64,000 nucleotides of DNA from Eledone cirrhosa (lineage: Eukaryota), in NCBI GenBank assembly GCA_964016885.1, contig OZ024757.1, positions 42,408,001-42,472,000 of the forward strand, read 5' to 3'. The position numbers and the translations under genes are program-made. Each line of letters starts with the position of its first letter. The first letter of the stretch is position 1. Under the pieces are notes generated by a model, which was not told the origin of the DNA, searched no databases, and saw only the letters and a list, made by a program, of their open reading frames with translations. Of the stretch, positions 55,583-64,000 are shown piece by piece.

Positions 55583-56735
55583 AAGGAAAATAGGGCACCG
55601 GTCCCATCTGGGAAATGGCCATGCTCAGTGTGTAGAAAAGGAGTAGGCAGAAACTCCATTTTATGTCCCAAATGCAAAGTATGGGTGCATAAAAGATGTA
55701 GTGGGGTCACAGGTAAGCTAACTAAGAATATAGATTTTATATGTGGCCGGTGCTCTGGTGCAATAAGTAGCAGCAAGTGCCCACAGAATACTAGCTCATT
55801 CCATTGCACAGATGGTTCTATAGAAATAGTGGACACCTTCCGTTACCTGGGTGACAAAATCAGCAGTGGTGGAGGGTGCTCCGAAAGTACAGTAGCTAGA
55901 GTCAGAACGGGATGGAAAAAGTTCAGAGAGCTTATACCACTATTGGCTGCTAAAGGGTTCTCTCTAAAAATGAAAGGCAGGCTGTATGATGCCTGCATAC
56001 AAACAGCAAGAGAGAAACGAGACTGGAGAGAAACGAAGCTTGCATGCTCCGCTGGATGTGTAATAGTAATATACGTGAACGGCAAAGCATAAACGAACTA
56101 AGGGAGAAATTAGGAATAAGAGGGATCAGATGTTGTCTACTCGAGAGAAGACTACGTTGGCATGGTCATGTGATGTGCATGAAAGACGACAGCTGTATAA
56201 AAAAGTGCAGGGCGATAAAAATAGACGGTAGCCACGGAGTAGGCAGACCCAGAAAAACCTGGGACGACTTGATAAATTCCGACCTCACACACTTACACCT
56301 CTCCAAGACAATGTCACTGGACCGAGATCTTTGGCGCTACACAGTCATACAGAAGACCCGCCTTGCCTAAGTACAAAGCAAAACCTACAGTCAGTAGGCC
56401 CCCCGTCCCACTAACCCCACCCCATCCACACCACCCCCTTAAATGTGAAGTTATGTCGGTACCACAACATCCAGTCCGAAATAAATGAGGTCGTGTAGGT
56501 GTCAGAACAAAAAAACACAGTCCACGCTGTAATGTGGCCGTGTAGGTAACACGGTAAAAACCTCCCAGTCCACACTGTAAACGTGGTTGGTGTTAGGAAG
56601 GGCATCCAGCCGTAGAAAACCCGCCAGACAGTCCTATACGAGCAAGACAACAAATCTTGCCTCAAGTGGGAAACCTCCCGTCCAAACCCATGCAAGCGTG
56701 GAAGATGGACGTTAAACGATGATGATGATGATGAT
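55583..56735 (+). mobile_element. RTE LINE 3' portion with PHD-type finger inside the RT region; frameshifting deletion near 56007
   Basis: CSVC..CPKC..HKRC..CGRC, then TFRYLGD, GWKKFREL, RRLRWHGHV, GRPRKTW. Confidence 0.9.
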
Positions 56736-57534
56736 GTGTCTGTCTGTATGTATGTGTGTGTGTATATATATATTTGTGTCTGTATGTATGTGTGTGTATA
56801 TATATATATGTGTGTGTGTCTGTATGTATGTATGTGTGTGTGTATATATATGTATATATATATGTGTGTGTGTAACATTTCTATAAGATGACAGTTTTTG
56901 AGACTGCCAAAATGACTCATTGGACCTTCGACTGACCATAACTGATATCGGTCCTTTTAATAGTTTGGTAAAGAAATTATGAAAAACCCTTCCTACCACC
57001 ACCATCACCACCACCACCACCATTACCACCACTACCACCACCACCACCATTACCACCACTACCACCACTATCACCACCACCACCACCATTACCACTACCA
57101 CCACTACCACCACCACCACCAACATCACCACCACCACCACCACCACTACCACCACCATCACTGCTAGCACCACCACCACCACCTTAATATTGCCTTCAAA
57201 CAGAGAGTTCAATTAAGTTATCGAACATTCAATTTGTAATAACAATGGCGACTTTATTAGTGGTGAAAATATGGAAGGCCATTGGTGTAAATATTATTTG
57301 GTCAAAGAAAGAGAGGACACTGACCTCGCACTCCTTATCCGTCGACCATAATTGGTCGATGTCGATGTTTGAGCCAGTATTCTGTTGTAGTTGTTGCTGT
57401 TGTTTTTTAGTGAGAAATAAAAAAGGAGGTGAATTGGCAGAAAGGACATCTTGTCTAACCCATGCTAGCTTGGAAAATGGATGTTAAATGATGATGATGA
57501 TGATTTCGACTCTCAATGCTCCTACTTCAAAACT

Positions 57535-58988
57535 TCCCGAGGTCAACTTTACCTTTCATCTTTCTAAGGTTGATAAAACAATGTACCAGTAAAGTACTGG
57601 GGTTGATTCTTCCTCTCTCTCTCCCTGGAAGAAATCGGCTGTATTCAAACCCAGAGATGGGACAAACTCTGCCAGGTTTTTAAAGTGCCCAAGATGTCAC
57701 AACAGCACCCCTGCAACTCCATCAGGAGTTATGAGTCCAGACATCTACCATACTCTGAACGCCTTGCTCCTTGCTTCCCTGGACATGGATATATTAAAGC
57801 TCCAATGTCTGGAAACTGACTTGGTAGACACACACAAAATTATTAACCCTCTTTCCAACAACAACCCTGAGCACCTTTTTGAATTCCATATGTCTAACAC
57901 TTATGGACATGCCGACAAAGTCAGAAAACAGTACAGCTCCTATGACATTCGGAAACATTTTTTCACGCTCAGAGTTGCTGAAACATGGAACAAACTACCT
58001 GCATCAGTTGTTAGCTGCCGAGACACTGCATCCTTCAAAACTTCCATGGAACAAACTACCTGCATCAGTTATTAGCTGCCGAGACACTGCATCCTTCAAA
58101 ACTTCCATGGAACAAACTACCTGCATCAGTTGTTAGCTGCCGAGACACTGCATCCTTCAAAACTTCCATGGAACAAACTACCTGCATCAGTTGTTAGCTG
58201 CCGAGACACTGCATCCTTCAAAACTTCCATGGAACAAACTACCTGCATCAGTTGTTAGCTGCTGAGACACTGCATCCTTCAAAACTTCCATGGAACAAAC
58301 TACTTGCATCAGTTGTTAGCTCTCGAGACACTGCATCCTTCAAAACTTCCATGGAACAAACTACCTGCATCAGTTGTTAGCTGTCGAGACACTGCATCCT
58401 TCAAAACTTCCATGGAACAAACTACCTGCATCAGTTGTTAGCTGTCGAGACACTGCATCCTTCAAAACTTCCATGGAACAAACTACTTGCATCAGTTGTT
58501 AGCTCTCGAGACACTGCATCCTTCAAAACTTCCATGGAACAAACTACCTGCATCAGTTGTTAGCTGTCGAGACACTGCATCCTTCAAAACTTCCATGGAA
58601 CAAACTACCTGCATCAGTTGTTAGCTGTCGAGACACTGCATCCTTCAAAACTTCCATGGAACAAACTACCTGCATCAGTTGTTAGCTGTCGAGACACTGC
58701 ATCCTTCAAAATTTCCATGAAACAAACTACCTGCATCAGTTGTTAGCTGTCGAGACACTGCATCCTTCAAAACTTCCATGCTTCCTGAAATTTGCCAACA
58801 CTACACCTAATGTTCCCCCTCCATACACACGTCTGTGTGTGATATGTGTCTGTAGTGTGTATGTCTGTGTCTATATCATGACTCATACACTGTTCACTTT
58901 CCTGATATTATTCTATGTACTATACATGCACCTTTGATGAGTTGTAGTGCACCTGAGCACTGTACACAAGAATTTTCATTATTATTAT
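57535..58988 (+). mobile_element. Composite SINE central domain + unique body + CR1 LINE 3' end
   Basis: DLVDTHKII..GHADKVRKQ..RKHFFTLRVAETWNKLPASVVSC..SFK; ends with (TTA)n. Confidence 0.75.
57984..58780. repeat. 61-bp minisatellite, 13 copies, derived from the CR1 ORF2 C-terminus
   Basis: Unit catggaacaaactacctgcatcagttgttagctg(c/t)cgagacactgcatccttcaaaacttc, bounded by CATG. Confidence 0.95.
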
Positions 58989-59361
58989 TTGTTAATGATT
59001 AATTTTAAGATTTGAATGAGTGTTTTAAGTCTTTTAACCATTATTTAACGAATAAGCATATGTAGTATTTGACACAAAGCGTAAATTTACAACACAAAAT
59101 TAGATTTGGAAATACACAAAATTAGATTTAGAAGTGAATAAAATGAGATTTCGAACTGCACAAGCTGGGGTCGGCTGTACGTTAAAATAATTGCTAATAT
59201 ATTACAACTGGACATCTTGTCTGAATGCATCAGAATATATACTACTAGAAGTACTATACACAAGAGCCAGGGGTGTTAAACTGAGTGATGAATAAAGTTT
59301 ACCACCCAAGGGCAGGTAAAGTCTATCCAACAATCTTTCACAAAATACCACACATACACAC

Positions 59362-59407
<46 letters not shown>

Positions 59408-59411
59408 TTAA

Positions 59412-59574
59412 GTTGGTGTCCTTGAAATATGTATAATGAAATAAATATGGTTTTATAAATATAGTTTCCATTTGTTAATATATCGTATTTTTACTCCAAT
59501 AATTTGTTGAGTGCTTTATATCAGTTATAAAAATATTTGCTTGTTGTATCCCAACAATTTAAATAGAACTTCTA
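59412..59574 (+). mobile_element. Hammerhead-family insert truncated within stem II
   Basis: Matches 30132-30292. Confidence 0.7.
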
Positions 59575-59789
59575 CATATATATATATATATACAAATATA
59601 TATATATTTATATATAAATAGTTTCAAGAACACCCCACATGACTAAGCTTTTAGAATATAAAGTCAATATGGAGGGTGTAGAAGACAAAGTCAATGGGAA
59701 CAACAGAAAGACAGACAGTCCCATCTCCTCAGTCAACTTCAGGAAATTACTATGATGCAACCTTATTTTGAATATATATATATATATAT

Positions 59790-61163
59790 ATATTTATTAA
59801 AATAAGAGATTAAAGTTTAAGCAAAGAATCGCTGCTTTCACCCTTAACGGGATCTTCTGAAACTAACAAAGTCAATCTGTAAACGCAAAACTAGATATTT
59901 CAAAAAACGTTGCAACCGGAGGAAGACAGGAAGACGATACTTTGGTTCGTGGAAACATTCGCTGGCAAAGAACGGGAAAAAACGAATATAATACGTCATT
60001 AATAGGAGCGGTGAAAAACAATTACGCGCAAAGACAGAACCACGTTTATGGTATAAAAGAGGTCGTAGACTAATGCTCTCTTAGGTGGTGCATAGAGACG
60101 TTCTCTGGCAATGAACGAGAAAAACGAAGAAAATACGTCATATATGGAGCGTAGAGAACAATAGTACGCAAAGACAAAACCACGTAAATGGTATAGCAGA
60201 AGTCGTAGACTAAATTCTAACAAGGAGACCGAATGAATCTCCGCTACAGAGTTAAGAACAAAGTAAATAAATACAATACAGAAGTAATAGAAATAAATAA
60301 ATACATACACGCAAACAAATACGTACATTCACAAGCATACGCAAAAACTTACCATAGGTATACAAAACCACGCACATATAAATATGTGTGTGCGCTTGTT
60401 ATATACGTATTCATTTATTTATATACATTTATATACGTTTATATAATTATTTATTTATATGTATACACGCATACACACACACACATATTTATATGTGCGT
60501 GGTTTTGTATATCTATGGTAAGTTTTTGCGTATGCTTGTGTATGTACGTATTTGTTTGCGTGTATGTATTTATTTATTTCTATTACTTCTGTATTGTATT
60601 TATTTACTTTGTTCTTAACTCTGTAGTGGAGATTCATTCGGTCTCCTTGTTAGAATTTTAGTCTACGACTTCTGCTATACCATTTACGTGGTTTTGTCTT
60701 TGCGTGTAATTGTTCTCCACGCTTCATATATGACGTATTATCTTCGTTTTTCTCGTTCATTGCCAGAGAACGTCTCTATGCACCACCTAAGAGAACATTA
60801 GTCTACGACCTCTTTTATACCATAAACGTGGTTCTGTCTTTGCGCGTAATTGTTTTTCACCGCTCCTATTAATGACGTATTATATTCGTTTTTTCCCGTT
60901 CTTTGCCAGCGAACGTTTCCACAAACCAAAGTATTGTCTTCCTGTCTTCCTCCGGTTGCAACGTTTTTTTAAATATCCAGTTCTGTGTTTACAGATTGAC
61001 TTTGTTAGTTTCAGAAGATCTCGTTAAGGGTGAAAGCAGCGATTCTTTGCTTAAACTTTAATCTGTTATTTTAATAAATATTTGCTCTACGGTTCTTATA
61101 TATTTGATATATATTTATCCTTATCGAGCCCTTTTGGATTTTAGTCTTCAAATTTATTATTAT

Positions 61164-61168
<5 letters not shown>
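59790..61168 (+). mobile_element. Large fold-back insert: ~600-bp arms, ~85-bp spacer, ~87-bp tail
   Basis: 59790-60392 vs 60478-61081 with scattered mismatches; (TA)n at both ends. Confidence 0.85.
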
Positions 61169-61202
<34 letters not shown>

Positions 61203-61349
61203 AATTAAAATACTAGAGTGTGTTGGAGTTAAACACCCTCTTCATATTATAGAAATGACAGTAAAGGTATAGCTCAATGTAATTAAACAGAGCCGAAGAA
61301 TTATGAAAATAAACCAAAGAAGCCTTCAATACATCAAAAGTCTTTATTA

Positions 61350-61387
61350 GCCAACAATGTTTCGTCCTATTAAGGACTCATCAGGGC
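61350..61387 (-). ncRNA. Minimal type I hammerhead ribozyme
   Basis: gcc CTGATGA gtcc ttaata ggac GAAAC att GTT ggc. Confidence 0.75.
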
Positions 61388-61720
61388 GAGTAAAGCTATA
61401 AGAAGCACTATCGGCCAATACAAGCCCAAAACTCAGAAGAATATGGAGTATACATACATTAAAGCATAGGAAAATTATCAAGTATTATTTATATTATATA
61501 TCGTACTGTAATTCTCGCTTTATATCACCACTTGTGTTTAGTTTTAGTTTTTGCATTGTACTATATTTGTAATATGGTTCAAAATGTTATTCACTTCCTT
61601 AGCAATTTTTACTTGATAATTTTTACTTGATAATTTTCCTATGCTTTAATGTATGTATACTCCATATTCTTCTGAGTTTTTGGCTTGTATTGGCCGATAG
61701 TGCTTCTTATAGCCTTACTT

Positions 61721-61758
61721 GCCCTGATGAGTCCTTAATAGGACGAAACATTGTTGGC
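61721..61758 (+). ncRNA. Minimal type I hammerhead ribozyme
   Basis: gcc CTGATGA gtcc ttaata ggac GAAAC att GTT ggc. Confidence 0.75.
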
Positions 61759-61842
61759 TAATAAAGACTTTTGATGTATTGAAGGCTTCTTTGGTTTAAG
61801 TAGAATTGAGATGGAGGGTCTGTGGTTTTTATATATATATAT

Positions 61843-61952
61843 ATAACATAGTGTGGTAAGGAACCAGATAGACCATAATGCACCAGAGTACTCAATACTT
61901 AGCGTAGTAGAGTGGGTAATAGGAAAAGAATCAGGTCCTGACTCTTTTCCTA
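61843..61952 (-). mobile_element. GC-rich fold-back family, shortest copy (~16-bp arms)
   Basis: Reverse-complement tail plus taggaaaagaatcagg-t-cctgactcttttccta. Confidence 0.7.
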
Positions 61953-62442
61953 TATATATATATATGGTTGGTGTTAGGAAGGGCATCCAGCTGTAAAAAA
62001 ACCCTGGTAAAATTTACAGTCCTCATCGGGGCAAGGTACGGTGTGGTCAACTCTGGTCAGACTTGCCTCCCACTGTGGACGACCCGCCTAACCCATGCTA
62101 GCAAATAACCACTAAACGGTGATGATGATAATATATATATATATGTATATATAATATATATATATATATATATAGAGAGAAAGAGAGAGGTCAGTTGCTC
62201 TGTTTGGGTAATGATTCTGTGTTAGCAGGGAAGACAGGCGTTAAAGGATGATGGTGATGATGATGATGTATATATGTGTTGACAAGAAACTGACCTCTGC
62301 TATATAGTGGGAGGAGGGGGTCAATAGATTAAGTACCAGTAATATACTGGGTCAATTCCATTCACTATAATCCTCTTTAACAGATATAAGATAGAAAAAA
62401 AACTGTCCTTGTGACTAGCCACAGAAAATCGATAGTAACGCA

Positions 62443-63581
62443 TGTGTGTGTGTATGTGTGTGTATTTATGTGTGTGTGTCTGTGTGTGTCTGTATTTATG
62501 TGTGTGTGTGTATGTGTGTGTATTTATGTGTGTGTGTATGTATGTGTGTGTGTCTGTATTTATGTGTGTGTGTGTGTCTGTATTTATGTGTGTGTGTATG
62601 TCTGTCTGTATTTATGTGTGTGTGTGTGTGTGTCTGTATTTATGTGTGTGTGTGTCTCTATTTATGTGTGTGTATGTGTGTCTGTATTTATGTGTGTGTG
62701 TGTGTCTGTATTTGTGTGTGTGTGTGTGTGTCTGTATTTATGTATGTGTGTGTCTGTATTTATGTGTGTGTGTGTGTGTGTCTGTATTTATGTGTGTGTG
62801 TCTGTATGTGTGTGTGTGTGTGTCTGTATTTATGTGTGTGTGTGTCTGTATGTGTGTGTGTGTGTCTGTATTTATGTGTGTGTGTGTCTGTATTTATGTG
62901 TGTGTGTGTCTGTATTTATGTGTGTGTGTATGTGTCTGTATTTATGTGTGTGTGTATGTGTGTCTGTATTTATGTGTGTATGTGTCTGTATTTATGTGTG
63001 TGTGTCTGTATTTATGTGTGTGTGTGTGTCTGTATTTATGTGTGTATGTGTCTGTATTTATGTGTGTGTGTATGTGTCTGTATTTATGTGTGTGTGTATG
63101 TGTGTCTGTATTTATGTGTGTGTGTGTCTGTATTTATGTGTGTGTGTGTGTGTCTGTATTTATGTGTGTGTGTGGGTGTCTGTTTATGTGTGTGTGTGGG
63201 TGTCTGTTTATGTGCTAAAGTGTGTGTGGGTTTGTGTGTGTGTGTGTGTCTGTGTGAGTGTCTGTGGGTTTATATATGTGTGTGTGTGTGTGGGTTTATG
63301 GGTGTGTGTGTCTGTTTGTGTCTGTGGGTTTATGTATGTGTGTGTGTGCAGAATACTATGTATATGTGTGTGTATGTGTAAAACAGACTACACAATATTG
63401 TGTGTGAGCTGTCTGTGTGTGTGTGTATCTGCATGTGTCTGTGTATGTATGGATGTGTGTATGTGTGCATGTGAATATATGTGTGTATATGTGTATGTGT
63501 ATGTACATGTGTGTGTGTGCATATGTGTATGTGTATATGTGTGTGTATGTGTACATGTGTTTATATGTGTATGTATGTATA

Positions 63582-63634
<53 letters not shown>

Positions 63635-63690
63635 ATGTATGTATGTGTATATATGTATATATGCATGTGTGTGTATGTGTATGCATATAT
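62443..63690. repeat. (GT)n-based minisatellite (gtctgtatttatgtgtg) and (GT/AT)n
   Basis: Direct inspection. Confidence 0.9.
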
Positions 63691-63763
63691 GTATGTGTAA
63701 ACCAATCACTATACAATATTCTGGTGCAAATATGATATTGATTGATTGATCCCATCTGTATAT

Positions 63764-63789
63764 CACTACCACTACTACTACTACTACCA

Positions 63790-63823
<34 letters not shown>

Positions 63824-63882
63824 CACTACCACTACTACTACTACTACTACCACTACCACTACTACCACTACTACTACTACTA

Positions 63883-63928
<46 letters not shown>

Positions 63929-63960
63929 CACTACTACCACTACTACCACTACTACTACTA

Positions 63961-63991
<31 letters not shown>

Positions 63992-64000
63992 CACTACCAC
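63764..64000. repeat. (CTA/CCA)n microsatellite
   Basis: Direct inspection. Confidence 0.95.

Larger units (their letters stand above)
61310..61830. mobile_element. Fold-back insert with 175-bp arms, each containing a hammerhead
   Basis: 61310-61484 vs 61624-61798. Confidence 0.8.

Overview
AT-rich eukaryotic intergenic or intronic DNA, packed with microsatellites and transposon debris. The repeat repertoire (tRNA-head SINEs, RTE LINEs with (GAT)n tails, very long (TA)n tracts) looks like an octopus/cephalopod genome, but that is inference only. I recognise no host exon, and nearly all long ORFs are repeat artefacts. Recognisable coding remnants come from Tx1/L1, RTE, R4/Dong and CR1 LINEs, plus one uninterrupted SGNH-esterase ORF1-type frame (22579-23937, minus strand). 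Four patterns stand out. (1) About a dozen fold-back inserts sit in (TA)n tracts, built as inverted arm + arm + unpaired tail, and many carry type I hammerhead ribozymes, consistent with Penelope-like pseudo-LTR remnants. (2) A U6 snRNA copy is fused to a SINE 3' tail at a recurrent breakpoint. (3) An ORF1-only Tx1-like element keeps the 3' UTR of its autonomous relative. (4) Several minisatellites were born from pieces of SINEs and LINEs, including a 12x array of a Pol III A-box. Coordinates were read by eye and may be off by a few bases.
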